Below, piece after piece: positions 1 through 7,637 of a DNA stretch of 9,258 nt (its first letter is position 1; each line of letters opens with the position of its first letter). The stretch covers positions 1 to 9,258 of the forward strand of contig JAGLRQ010000155.1 in the NCBI GenBank assembly GCA_023136205.1, written 5' to 3'. The position numbers and the translations under genes are program-made. Below the pieces are notes generated by a model. That model ran no database searches. It was not told the origin of the DNA and saw only the letters and a program-made list of their open reading frames with translations. The stretch comes from Candidatus Auribacterota bacterium. GTDB lineage: Bacteria > Auribacterota > UBA6266.

Positions 1-382
1 TTGCTTTTTCCGGATCTATTTTTCTTTTTATCCAGACAAAATGTTTTTTGCGGGAGAGTTTCTTTCCCAAATCTTTTTTACCAAGTCCAAGAATCTTCGA
101 AATCTCTGTAGAAACATACCCAAGGTCTTCAATCTGAGTAGCATCCGCATACACAGATTTGGATTCAATAGACATAGCAAGGATTCTTCTGTTGCAGTCG
201 TATATAAAACCGCGGCGGGGGTCTATCCTGATATTCTTTTTTTGTTGGATATTCGCTTTATGAAAATACTTTTCGTGTTCCTGCACCTGAAGGTAAAATA
301 GACGGACAAGAAGAGATATAAGAGATATTAATAGAACTATTGTAAAAGCTGCGGATTTATAAAAATAAGACCTCTTTAGCAC
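1..382 (-). CDS. ftsI: Penicillin-binding protein / FtsI-type peptidoglycan transpeptidase, N-terminal part (gene continues past the left edge)
   Basis: Absent from the ORF track because it is truncated by the window. The minus-strand frame starting at 382 stays open to base 1. It reads (V/M)LKRSYFYKSAAFTIVLLISLISLLVRLFYLQVQEHEKYFHKANIQQKKNIRIDPRRGFIYDCNRRILAMSIESKSVYADATQIEDLGYVSTEISKILGLGKKDLGKKLSRKKHFVWIKRKIDPEKA. That is a short tail, one TM helix and the RG-I-D-N---LA motif typical of class B PBP N-termini. Its position directly after ftsL fits ftsI. The start is uncertain: GTG 380-382 has GGAGGA immediately adjacent. Confidence 0.75.
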   Translation of the reverse strand, partial: MLKRSYFYKSAAFTIVLLISLISLLVRLFYLQVQEHEKYFHKANIQQKKNIRIDPRRGFIYDCNRRILAMSIESKSVYADATQIEDLGYVSTEISKILGLGKKDLGKKLSRKKHFVWIKRKIDPEKA

Positions 383-441
383 TCCTCCGACCCTTTATAT
401 TGGTTATCAATGTATAAGATCATTCATAAGGAAAACATACC

Positions 442-753
442 TCATCTTAGTTTTACTATTTGATTTTCCCTGGCTGCCACCAACTGCAAATTCTTTTCCT
501 CTATTGACTTCTGAATATTAAAAGGTGCTTTAAGCCGGGTTATCCTCAGAGCCAGCAAATCGTTAGCTTTTCCAAGTTTTTTTAATTTTTTCTCCAGAAT
601 GCAAATGTTCTCGCCGGTCTGAACACACTGGACATTCTGCCATACAAAAAAGAAGCCATAAGCAACCAGTGTCAGCACACACACAGTCAGTTTAAACATT
701 ACAGAATTCTGAGTTGTATTAAGTCTAAGTCTTCTATTTCGATTCCGAGGCAT
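442..753 (-). CDS. ftsL: Cell division protein FtsL-like (small bitopic membrane protein with coiled coil)
   Basis: 103 aa with a basic N-terminus (RNRNRRLRL), a single TM helix (FKLTVCVLTLVAYGFFFVW) and a heptad-like segment (ILEKKLKKLGKANDLLALRITRLK). It sits between rsmH and the PBP, as in canonical dcw clusters. Its ATG 751-753 directly abuts the rsmH TAA (754-756), and GGAGAGAGG lies inside the rsmH 3' end, suggesting translational coupling. The call rests on architecture and synteny, not on sequence motifs. Confidence 0.7.
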   Translation of the reverse strand: MPRNRNRRLRLNTTQNSVMFKLTVCVLTLVAYGFFFVWQNVQCVQTGENICILEKKLKKLGKANDLLALRITRLKAPFNIQKSIEEKNLQLVAARENQIVKLR

Positions 754-1698
754 TTATTTCCTCTCTCCTTTTAATTTCTCAATAACCCTTAATTTAGCGC
801 TTCGCGACCTGGGATTCCTTTCTATCTCATATTCTGAAGGAGTAATCATTTTACCAATAATTTTTACCATGCTTTCTTTTCCGCAGGTGCACATCAATGT
901 TCCGGAAGGGCAAACACAATTTTTTTCAAGATACTTAAAATAGTGCTTTACGATCCTATCCTCAAGAGAATGGAAAGTGATAACTGCAAGTCTTCCCCCT
1001 TTTCTCAAGACAGAAAACGCCTGCCTTAATCCTGCATAAAGGTTTTCGAGTTCGTTATTCACATGGATTCGCAAAGCCTGGAAAGTTTTTGTCGCGGGAT
1101 GAATTCTACTTCTTTTACTGCCTTTGACTGATTCTATAATTGAAACAAGCTGCCCAGTTGTTTCTATACGTTCTTTCTCGCGTCTTTTTACAATCGCTCT
1201 TGCAATTCTTAAAGCAGATCTTTCTTCTCCACATTCCTTTATTACAGCGTAAAGACTTTTTTCATCTGCTTTGTTAACAAAATCCGCGGCCGTTTCACCG
1301 CTCGACTGATCCATTCTCATATCGAGACCGGATTCAGATCTGAAACTAAAACCTCTTCCGTCTCCACCAAGCTGAAGCGAAGAAATACCAACATCAAATA
1401 AAATGCCATCAACGCTATTAACGTTACCCTTATCTAAAACCTCCATAAGTTTTTCAAAACCGGCATGCACTACCTTTAGTCTCCCCGAATACTTTGACAA
1501 CCTTGCTTTAGCATATCTAACAGCATTTATATCTTTGTCCAGGGCAATTATCCTGTTGGCTCTGTTACATTCAAGAATAACTTCTGAATGACCACCACCC
1601 CCGACAGTACAGTCAACAAAAAAACCACCATTTTTACAATTCAAAGAACCGATAACTTCCTCACATAAGACAGGGATATGGTTTAGTTCATAATTCAT
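754..1698 (-). CDS. rsmH: 16S rRNA (cytosine1402-N4)-methyltransferase RsmH (MraW)
   Basis: 314 aa. It has the N-terminal HIPVL..EV motif, the SAM-binding DCTVGGGGHS, DKD, FDVGISSLQL, the FSF/LDMRM motif, ITFHSLEDRIVK and a C-terminal C.CP....C.CG cysteine cluster, all hallmarks of RsmH. It follows mraZ. Confidence 0.95.
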   Translation of the reverse strand: MNYELNHIPVLCEEVIGSLNCKNGGFFVDCTVGGGGHSEVILECNRANRIIALDKDINAVRYAKARLSKYSGRLKVVHAGFEKLMEVLDKGNVNSVDGILFDVGISSLQLGGDGRGFSFRSESGLDMRMDQSSGETAADFVNKADEKSLYAVIKECGEERSALRIARAIVKRREKERIETTGQLVSIIESVKGSKRSRIHPATKTFQALRIHVNNELENLYAGLRQAFSVLRKGGRLAVITFHSLEDRIVKHYFKYLEKNCVCPSGTLMCTCGKESMVKIIGKMITPSEYEIERNPRSRSAKLRVIEKLKGERK

Positions 1699-1705
1699 AG
1701 TTATA

Positions 1706-1779
1706 TATCGTATATCGTATTGCGTAATGCGTAAAAAAATTATTTAATACTCAACACTCACAACGCATAACGCACGACG
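1706..1779. repeat. Heptamer tandem repeat plus imperfect 17-nt inverted repeat in the mraZ-rsmH intergenic spacer
   Basis: On the + strand there are four tandem 7-mers: TATCGTA (1706-1712), TATCGTA (1713-1719), TTGCGTA (1720-1726) and ATGCGTA (1727-1733). The reverse-complement-type units ACGCATA (1763-1769) and ACGCACG (1770-1776) lie 30 nt away. Segment 1716-1732 pairs with 1763-1779 at 14 of 17 positions around a 30-nt A/T-rich loop. Confidence 0.6.
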
Positions 1780-1786
1780 AAAGTAA

Positions 1787-2239
1787 CTATTCCTCCTTTT
1801 CAAAGCTATCGGCTAATTTTTCAAGAATTTCCTCAAGGCTAATTTCTTGCTGCCTTTGTTTCCAACGTTCCATATCCCAGACTTCAAAATGGTTACCGGT
1901 TCCTATCACTGCCACCTCTTTTTTGGTTATGCTCGCACCATCAAGAAGTTTCTGTGGGATATTTATTCGCCCCTGGCTATCACACGTAACAAATGAAACA
2001 TTGGATCCAAGAACCCTGTTAAGGTCTCTTACAGCTGCCTTTGCCCAGGATGGCTTTTGGAGTGGTTTTTTCACGTCTTTTTCAAAACCCTGCTCAGTAA
2101 AAACCGCGATACAATTGTCAGGCCACTTCAGAATAACAAATTTATCTATGTATTTATTCTCAAGTATATTCCTGAACTTGGAAGGAATAATTATTCTTCC
2201 TTTTTCATCAACAGTATGTGAATACTCCCCGTAAAACAC
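1787..2239 (-). CDS. mraZ: Transcriptional regulator MraZ (two SpoVT/AbrB-like repeats)
   Basis: The two DxxGR repeats are present (VDEKGRIIIPSKFR and DSQGRINIPQKL). I place the start at GTG 2237-2239, giving MFYGEYSHTVDEKGR. This matches the usual MraZ N-terminus (MF.GE..H..D.KGR), with GGGGGA about 9 nt upstream. The track's longer start (GTG 2252-2254) would add 5 non-conserved residues and lies inside the operator repeats. Confidence 0.92.
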   Translation of the reverse strand: MFYGEYSHTVDEKGRIIIPSKFRNILENKYIDKFVILKWPDNCIAVFTEQGFEKDVKKPLQKPSWAKAAVRDLNRVLGSNVSFVTCDSQGRINIPQKLLDGASITKKEVAVIGTGNHFEVWDMERWKQRQQEISLEEILEKLADSFEKEE

Positions 2240-2247
2240 CTTGTATT

Positions 2248-2277
2248 CCCCCACTTTACACCACTTTGCTCCACCTT
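2248..2277 (-). promoter_or_regulatory. MraZ operator: three direct repeats at 10-nt phasing
   Basis: The minus strand reads AAGGTGGAGC AAAGTGGTGT AAAGTGGGGG. These are three GTGG-core boxes exactly 10 nt apart, lying between the putative -10 and the mraZ start. The layout matches described MraZ binding repeats: GTGGG/TGGGN repeats with 5-nt spacers in E. coli and AAAGTG(T/G) boxes in mycoplasmas. Confidence 0.7.
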
Positions 2278-2283
2278 GTTTAT

Positions 2284-2341
2284 AATTTACGCCCTTTTCG
2301 ATAATCTGTCAAGTATTTTGTTAAAAAAAAAGTGCTTTTTT
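2284..2341 (-). promoter_or_regulatory. Putative sigma-70 promoter of the mraZ/dcw operon with an upstream A/T tract (UP-like)
   Basis: On the minus strand: TTGACA (2312-2307), a 17-nt spacer, then TAAATT (2289-2284). It is preceded by GAAAAAAGCACTTTTTTTTTAACAAAATAC (to about 2341), which resembles an UP element. The predicted transcription start falls at about the first MraZ box. Confidence 0.55.
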
Positions 2342-2427
2342 CAGGTCGATAATGGAAAACTCAAGACGAAAGTGGAGGAAACTTGCAGATAGAGAACAAT
2401 TTACATCTATCGACTTAACGGGGAGCA

Positions 2428-2485
2428 GTATATTGTGATTTAATCAGGTTTGTTTGGAATTTGTTATTTGTATATTGTGGTTTAA
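2428..2485. repeat. 16-nt direct repeat (15/16 identical), copies 42 nt apart
   Basis: GTATATTGTGATTTAA at 2428-2443 and GTATATTGTGGTTTAA at 2470-2485 on the + strand. Both lie in the spacer between the rnpB 3' end and the mraZ promoter. Confidence 0.55.
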
Positions 2486-2491
2486 AAAATT

Positions 2492-2956
2492 GGCCGGCCT
2501 GTAAGCTGAATTCTGTAACCCCGGGGGGTGATAGTCATTCATCTTGGCATCCGGTTACCCGCATGCTCATTGCGACCAACCCGGCACAGGACGAGCAGCC
2601 CTACCGTGCCCTATTTGGTCTTGCTCCGAATGGGGTTTGCACTGCCTTCAATGTCACCACTGAAGCGGTGAGCTCTTACCTCACCTTTTCACCTTTACCC
2701 CCCTTCTTGCTTTCGCCCCTAGAAATTACGGCTGCAATTTCAGGGACTCAGTCCTGGAAATTCTTCGAATTTCTCAGGGCAAGAAAGCAGGGGGGCAGTA
2801 TATTTTCTGTTGCACTTTCCATAGGCTTTCGCCTTCTGGGTGTTACCCAGCATTCCGCTCTGTGGAGTTCAGACTTTCCTCTCCCTGACATAAAACTCTC
2901 TAAAAATCTTTAAGAACACATTATACTTATACCAGAGAGCGACTACCCGGCCGGCC
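2492..2956 (-). ncRNA. rnpB: RNase P RNA, bacterial type A (ends approximate)
   Basis: The minus strand carries the universal RNase P RNA blocks in the correct order. They are GAGAGGAAAGTCTGAACTC (P4 5' strand), GTGCAACAGAAA, GGTAAAGGTGAAAAGGTGAGGTAAGAGCTCACC and GGAGCAAGACCAAATAGGG. The last two are AGATGAATGACTATC and ACAGAATTCAGCTTAC (P4 3' strand). GGCCGGCC at 2956-2949 pairs with GGCCGGCC at 2499-2492 as P1 and is followed by AATTTTTT. A TATAAT lies at 2964-2959, just upstream of the 5' end, but has only a weak -35. Confidence 0.93.
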
Positions 2957-3012
2957 AAATTATACTCTCAAATAACCACTAACAAAACATTTATTGGTTA
3001 TACCATCAAAAT

Positions 3013-3717
3013 TCAAGATTCCCAATAGATAATTCTCTGACACGTCTCACACGACACTATCTCCATCCCACCCTTTAGTTTCATAAGCACCTGGGGAGTT
3101 AGTTTCATATTACAACCACTGCACGAACCATGTCTTGAAAGCACTATAACAGCACCTCTTTTATTCTTTAAAAGCCTCGTATATTTTAAAAGCGCTTTGG
3201 GGCTAACATTTTTTTCCAGTTCCTTCTTCAGTTCCTTTAGCCCACATATTTGTTTTTCCATATCCGCGTTTTCTACTTTTGATTTCTCTTCCGCTTCTTT
3301 AACTCTGCGCATCTGCTGGTCAACAAACTCTTTAGACTGTTTGACTTTGCCGGCAACACTATCACATTCCTCCATATTAAGTAATATTTCATCCTCATCT
3401 AACGCGATCTTGGCTCTTGCATTAATAATTTCATCCTGAAGAGCTTTATAAGCTTTATTATCTTTGAGTGTACCGGCCTGGGAATCAAGTTTTCTTATCT
3501 GCTCATTATATGATGCCACTTCTATTTCCTTATTTTTCCTGGCAACCTGCAACTTTTTAAATCCTTCCTCTTTCTCTTTATAATCAGCCTCTGCTTGTGA
3601 AAGAGTAATTTTCGCGCGATTCACCAGTTCAGGATTTTCTTTCAATTTCTTTTCAAACTCAATTATTTTCAAGTCCTGTTCTTGAACTTTAAGTAAAACT
3701 TCAATGTCCTTAAGCAT
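3013..3717 (-). CDS. COG1579 / DUF164-type coiled-coil protein with a C-terminal C4 zinc ribbon (HP0958-like)
   Basis: Long K/E-rich coiled coil beginning MLKDIEVLLKVQEQDLKI, with an internal NKAYKALQDEI motif and a C-terminal CSGCNMKL...VSCETCQRIIY zinc ribbon. I prefer the start at ATG 3715-3717 because of AGGAGAAAGA-ATG. The 16 extra residues of the track ORF (to 3765) have no RBS and are not typical of the family. Confidence 0.85.
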   Translation of the reverse strand: MLKDIEVLLKVQEQDLKIIEFEKKLKENPELVNRAKITLSQAEADYKEKEEGFKKLQVARKNKEIEVASYNEQIRKLDSQAGTLKDNKAYKALQDEIINARAKIALDEDEILLNMEECDSVAGKVKQSKEFVDQQMRRVKEAEEKSKVENADMEKQICGLKELKKELEKNVSPKALLKYTRLLKNKRGAVIVLSRHGSCSGCNMKLTPQVLMKLKGGMEIVSCETCQRIIYWES

Positions 3718-3805
3718 TCTTTCTCCTATGCGAAACTGTAACCTATGGAATGTAAATGAACACAAGTTGTTAAGTTGAGAGTATCTATATATATTTCAAG
3801 CACTT

Positions 3806-3834
3806 ATGCTAAAAAAAATTATGCTAACTGTCAA
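3806..3834 (-). promoter_or_regulatory. Possible sigma-70 promoter for the COG1579 gene
   Basis: On the minus strand: TTGACA (3834-3829), a 17-nt spacer, then TAGCAT (3811-3806). This would give a leader of about 80 nt. The spacer contains the direct repeat AGCATAA / AGCATAA separated by T8. Confidence 0.35.
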
Positions 3835-3878
3835 GGAAAGAAAGGTCGTATGGGGAAATCGGCGCTCCCATAAAAAAA

Positions 3879-4023
3879 CACAGGCGGGCAGACAACTCGC
3901 TTTGAGTTCTGGATTTTGTTCCCCTTCGCTAAAGCTTCGGAGAACATCATCCTTATAAAACTATTCTAACTGAAATCAGCCATAGCTTCTGGAATGAAAC
4001 ACCCGAATCCAAGCGAAGGATGA
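3879..4023 (-). other. Non-coding, apparently structured trailer immediately 3' of the tRNA (possible co-transcribed RNA element)
   Basis: 145 nt with no credible ORF. It contains a perfect 10-nt and a perfect 8-nt complementarity that share one strand, plus a 7-bp hairpin (details in findings). It is bounded by the tRNA CCA end and a T7 run on the minus strand (3878-3872). I recognised no known RNA family. Confidence 0.3.
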
Positions 4024-4100
<77 letters not shown>

Positions 4101-4126
4101 AAAAAAATATTATGGTGTGCCCACAG

Positions 4127-4154
4127 ATTCTAACAAATAACTCTTTTCTGTCAA
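4127..4154 (-). promoter_or_regulatory. Putative sigma-70 promoter driving the tRNA
   Basis: On the minus strand: TTGACA (4154-4149), a 16-nt spacer, then TAGAAT (4132-4127). It lies about 26 nt upstream of tRNA position 1, in the 123-nt rpoD-tRNA spacer. That spacer contains no obvious intrinsic terminator. Confidence 0.55.
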
Positions 4155-4223
4155 ATAAAATTATTAATGTATAGGTCGCGGGTATCTGGTGGTATGTGTT
4201 GGGTTTTTTCTGTAACTCTTCTC

Positions 4224-5861
4224 CTATTCCCGTTCACCAGCTTCAAGAAATCCATGGAGTTTCCTTGCCCTTATAGGATGGCGCATTTTTCTGATAGCTT
4301 TGGCTTCTATCTGGCGCACTCTTTCCCTGGTAACACCGAATATCTTGCCCACCTCTTCAAGTGTCCTTGGAGAAGAATCTCCTATGCCAAACCTGAGCAT
4401 AAGAACTCTTTCTTCTCTCTTGGTTAGAGTTTTTAAAACATCCTCTATCTGCTCTCTCAAAAGTGTATACCCTGTTGCATCAGAAGGAGACTCAGCACCT
4501 TTGTCCTCAATAAAATCACCAAAATGAGAATCCTCACTGTCGCCTATAGGGGTCTGTAAAGAAATCGGATGTTGTGATATCTTTAAAATGCCCCTGACTT
4601 TATCTATTCCCATTTTCATCTCATGGGCCAGCTCTTCAACAACAGGTTCCCTGCCATGCTCCTGGACAAGTTTTTTTGAAGCCCTTACAAGTTTATTTAT
4701 AGTTTCAATCATATGGACAGGAATCCTTATCGTCCTAGCCTGGTCAGCAATTGACCTGGTTATTGCCTGCCTTATCCACCATGTAGCATAAGTGGAAAAT
4801 TTATAACCTCTCTTATATTCAAACTTGTCAACTGCCTTCATCAATCCCATATTCCCTTCCTGTATGAGATCCAGGAAAGAAAGTCCCCTGTTTGTATACT
4901 TCTTAGCTATGCTTATAACCAGCCTGAGGTTTGCCTCTACCATTTCAGCTTTTGCATCATGGTTCTTTCTAAGCCAACCGCTAATCTCATCGGATTGCTT
5001 TATAAACAAGTCTGTTTTAATGCCAATAGTATTTTGAAGTCTTTTGAGCTTTTTTCTTTCATTAGAAAGTTGCTGTTTCTTCTCCGCCTTCTTCCTTTTT
5101 TCATGTTCCAGCTGCTTGATTACCCTTTTAACAGCTCTTATTTTATCTGTCGTGGCTTCTATCCTCTCTCCCATTTCCTCAATTGAACTCTGCTTGTAAT
5201 AAAACTTTCGAAGAATGTCTCCTAATTTAGAAAGCAGCGTTTCAAGTTTTTTCTGAAGCCGTTTTTTTTCCTTCTTGGTTGTTCTTTTCTTTTTAAGTTT
5301 TTCCTGCGTATCACATATCTTCTTATTCTGCCTCTCAATGTCACTACAAAGCTTGTCCATCTTCTTCAGGTAGGATTCTCTTTTTGGAACTTTCTTTTCC
5401 ACTACAATCCTGTCAAACCTTTCCTTCCCGCTCTGCAGGCGCTTTGAATACCAGATAAACTCTTTATAAATATTCGGAAAAACATAGATCAGCTCTTTAA
5501 TATTTCCTTCCGCGACTTCAATTCTTCTGGAAATTTCTATCTCCTGTTCACGGGAAAGAAGGGGAACCTGTCCCATTTGCTTCAGATACATCCTCACAGG
5601 ATCGTCTAAAATTTCCATCTTTGAAAGTTTTTTATCTTTCGCTTCCTCTTCTTCCCATGACGGTTCCTTGCTTACAGCATTAGGCGAATCAACAATCTCA
5701 ATCTCCATTCCCCTGAGCAATATAAGGATAGAATCTATTTCGTCAGATGACAATACTTCATCAGGAAGAACATCATTAATATCATCATAGGTTAAAAACC
5801 CTTTTTCATTGCTGACTTTTATAAGCTCTCTTATCTTCTGGTTTCTTTCATCTTTATTCAT
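4224..5861 (-). CDS. rpoD: RNA polymerase primary sigma factor (sigma-70 family, group 1)
   Basis: 545 aa. Region 1.1 is acidic and region 1.2 reads [29 protein letters not shown]. Region 2 reads [76 protein letters not shown]. Region 4.2 reads [34 protein letters not shown] lies 8 nt before the ATG, and the gene follows dnaG as in the classical macromolecular-synthesis operon. Confidence 0.97.
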   Translation of the reverse strand: MNKDERNQKIRELIKVSNEKGFLTYDDINDVLPDEVLSSDEIDSILILLRGMEIEIVDSPNAVSKEPSWEEEEAKDKKLSKMEILDDPVRMYLKQMGQVPLLSREQEIEISRRIEVAEGNIKELIYVFPNIYKEFIWYSKRLQSGKERFDRIVVEKKVPKRESYLKKMDKLCSDIERQNKKICDTQEKLKKKRTTKKEKKRLQKKLETLLSKLGDILRKFYYKQSSIEEMGERIEATTDKIRAVKRVIKQLEHEKRKKAEKKQQLSNERKKLKRLQNTIGIKTDLFIKQSDEISGWLRKNHDAKAEMVEANLRLVISIAKKYTNRGLSFLDLIQEGNMGLMKAVDKFEYKRGYKFSTYATWWIRQAITRSIADQARTIRIPVHMIETINKLVRASKKLVQEHGREPVVEELAHEMKMGIDKVRGILKISQHPISLQTPIGDSEDSHFGDFIEDKGAESPSDATGYTLLREQIEDVLKTLTKREERVLMLRFGIGDSSPRTLEEVGKIFGVTRERVRQIEAKAIRKMRHPIRARKLHGFLEAGERE

Positions 5862-5876
5862 TATTTTTCTCCAGTT

Positions 5877-7637
5877 TTACCGCTCACAGCCTAGGCTGCT
5901 TTTTTTCAGATCCTGAATTTCTTTTAGTAAATCCGGCACTTTATGAAAATTCCCATCCTTTTCTGCCAGCTTTATCTCATTTTCGATCTTCTTTATTTTC
6001 TCCTTTAAAAGATTGTTTTCAATCTTCCTGATACAATCATTAGCCGCTTTGACTTTATCCATTTCAGGGTGGCTCTGTTGCATTGAAACAGACGCAGCGT
6101 AACTTACTATACTATCCCTTTCAGCCCCCGCTAACAATACAGGGCTAAACCTTTTTCCTCCTTCGGCATACTTTACAATGTACTTTGCCAGCAAAAGCTG
6201 TTCCCGATCTTGAAACAGCACTCCCAGGTTATTATCAATTAAAAGCTTTGCACATTGTAAATCCTCAAGCGATAGTTTCAAAAGAAGGTCTTTTGCTGAA
6301 ACCCTTGGTACTTTTGAAACATTTTTTTCTTCTTTTCGTTTTATGCTCGGCACAACTTTCCTGCCAAGCTCTTCCCTAAACATCCTTTCATCAACACCAA
6401 GTTTTTCTGAAAATCTTTTTAAATAAATATCTCTTCGAATAGAAGAAGGAATTTTATTTATCGTCTCAATAATTGAACCCGCAATCTTCACGCGCCCGCC
6501 ATCTGTTGATATATCATGCTCCTCCGCAAGAAGAGAAAATTGAAAATCCATTATATCAACAGCATTATCAATTTCTTTTTTAAGAGCATCAATCCCTTTC
6601 TTTCTTAAAAAGCTATCCGGGTCTTCCCCCCGCGGCAAAACAAGAACCTTAACATACATATCGTTTGAAAGAAATATTTCAAGAGCCCTTAACGATGCCT
6701 TCTGCCCCGCAGTATCAGAATCATATGCCATAACGACATTATCGGTATACCTTTTAATAAGATTCACATGAGATTCGGTAAAAGACGTCCCGAGAGAAGC
6801 GACAACATTTTTTACGCCTGCTGAATAAAGAGCCAGAAAATCAAAATACCCTTCAACAACAATCGCGCAATCGTTTTTCGACACATCATCCCTTGAATAA
6901 TTGAGGCCGTATAAAATATTACCTTTATTAAAGAGCGGAGATTCAGGTGAATTCATATATTTTACAGCAGAATTATCAATTACTCTCCCCCCGAATCCTG
7001 TAACTCTGCCTGTAACAGAAAATATCGGAATCATTATTCTCTTCCGAAATCTGTCATAATATCCGCTTTTGCCTTCGCGCTTGATTATAAGCCCAAGGCT
7101 CAACAGATCTTCCGCGTCAATAGCCCGGGTTTTAGCCCACCGCTGCAAAGCATCCCAGGAATCAGGAGCATATCCCAGCTTAAAATTTCTCTGGGGCTTA
7201 ACATCAATACCTCTGTCGGAAAGATATTGCCTTATCCGTCCAGACAATTTATCCTCGAGGATTTTAAAATAATATTTGCAGACATCTTCATTAACTTTAT
7301 ACAGTCTATCCTTTTGCCCTTCAGATTCTGAAGAATGAGAATATGTAATAGATATATTGACTCTTTCTGCCAGTTTTGTTAACGCAGAGAAAAAATCCAT
7401 CTCCTCATATTTCATAACAAATGAGAACACATCCCCTGACGCTTTACATCCAAAACAATGATAAAACTGCTTTTCCTGACTTACAAAAAACGAAGGTGTT
7501 TTCTCATTATGAAAAGGGCAACAGGCCTTAAAATTTTTCCCCGATTTCTTTAATGGAATATACTCATTTATAACTTCAACAATATCATTCGCATCAGCAA
7601 CCTGTTCTTTCAAATTATTATTTATACGTCCGGACAC
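5877..7637 (-). CDS. dnaG: DNA primase DnaG
   Basis: 586 aa with the CHC2 zinc finger CCPFHNEKTPSFFVSQEKQFYHCFGCKASGD. The TOPRIM segment is VVEGYFDFLALYSAGVKNVVASLGT...MAYDSDTAGQKA, followed by a C-terminal helical domain. The start codon is GTG (7635-7637), with GGGTGGG upstream. Confidence 0.95.
   Translation of the reverse strand: MSGRINNNLKEQVADANDIVEVINEYIPLKKSGKNFKACCPFHNEKTPSFFVSQEKQFYHCFGCKASGDVFSFVMKYEEMDFFSALTKLAERVNISITYSHSSESEGQKDRLYKVNEDVCKYYFKILEDKLSGRIRQYLSDRGIDVKPQRNFKLGYAPDSWDALQRWAKTRAIDAEDLLSLGLIIKREGKSGYYDRFRKRIMIPIFSVTGRVTGFGGRVIDNSAVKYMNSPESPLFNKGNILYGLNYSRDDVSKNDCAIVVEGYFDFLALYSAGVKNVVASLGTSFTESHVNLIKRYTDNVVMAYDSDTAGQKASLRALEIFLSNDMYVKVLVLPRGEDPDSFLRKKGIDALKKEIDNAVDIMDFQFSLLAEEHDISTDGGRVKIAGSIIETINKIPSSIRRDIYLKRFSEKLGVDERMFREELGRKVVPSIKRKEEKNVSKVPRVSAKDLLLKLSLEDLQCAKLLIDNNLGVLFQDREQLLLAKYIVKYAEGGKRFSPVLLAGAERDSIVSYAASVSMQQSHPEMDKVKAANDCIRKIENNLLKEKIKKIENEIKLAEKDGNFHKVPDLLKEIQDLKKSSLGCER

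Noticed and set aside
41-301. 86-aa plus-strand ORF
   Set aside because: It is antisense to the open minus-strand frame encoding a clear PBP/FtsI N-terminus (TM helix plus the RRGFIYDCNRRILA motif). It is a shadow ORF.
2240-2254. Longer mraZ start at GTG 2252-2254
   Set aside because: It would add MGEYK ahead of the conserved MF.GE..H..D.KGR N-terminus, and it lies inside the third MraZ operator box. GTG 2237-2239 has the better SD spacing.
2352-2438. 28-codon plus-strand sORF (MENSRRKWRKLADREQFTSIDLTGSSIL) in the rnpB-mraZ spacer
   Set aside because: It has only a marginal AGG upstream, is the sole plus-strand candidate in the window, and shows no recognisable features. It cannot be supported without conservation or ribosome profiling data.
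2428-2485. The direct repeats read in reverse (TAAACCACA / TAAATCACA) as DnaA boxes
   Set aside because: They match only 7 of 9 positions of the TTATNCACA consensus, with both mismatches in the T-rich half. There is no AT-rich unwinding element or box cluster that would suggest an origin.
2461-2913. 150-aa plus-strand ORF from the track
   Set aside because: It lies entirely antisense to a sequence carrying every conserved RNase P RNA block. It starts with TTG, has no RBS, and its low-complexity translation has no recognisable motifs. It is an artefact of the GC-richer structured RNA gene.
3718-3765. 16-codon N-terminal extension of the COG1579 ORF (MCSFTFHRLQFRIGER)
   Set aside because: The internal ATG at 3717 has a well-spaced GGAGA SD and begins the family-typical MLKDIE..L..Q..D sequence. 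The upstream ATG has no SD.
3849-3878. Hairpin TATGGG-N12-CCCATA adjacent to an A7/T7 run, considered as the terminator of the tRNA transcript
   Set aside because: On the transcribed minus strand the T-run precedes the stem instead of following it, and on the plus strand the stem is followed by A residues. It therefore does not have intrinsic-terminator geometry in either direction.
3831-3950. 39-codon minus-strand sORF (MMFSEALAKGNKIQNSKRVVCPPVFFYGSADFPIRPFFP) inside the tRNA trailer
   Set aside because: The AAGG lies only 0-3 nt from the ATGs. The frame runs through the T7 run and into the -35 of the next promoter, and the composition looks non-coding. The RNA-structure explanation fits better.
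4000-4013. CUUGGAUUCGGGUG resembles the tmRNA 5' motif CUGGAUUCGACGGG
   Set aside because: There is no tRNA-like 3' domain, tag reading frame or pseudoknot region downstream, and the available space (about 145 nt) is far too short for tmRNA. I also looked for 6S, SRP and T-box hallmarks and did not see them.
4962-5489. Very Lys/Glu-rich coiled-coil segment between sigma regions 1.2 and 2.1 of RpoD
   Set aside because: Primary sigma factors normally carry a lineage-specific non-conserved region at exactly this position. The composition simply follows the AT-rich genome.
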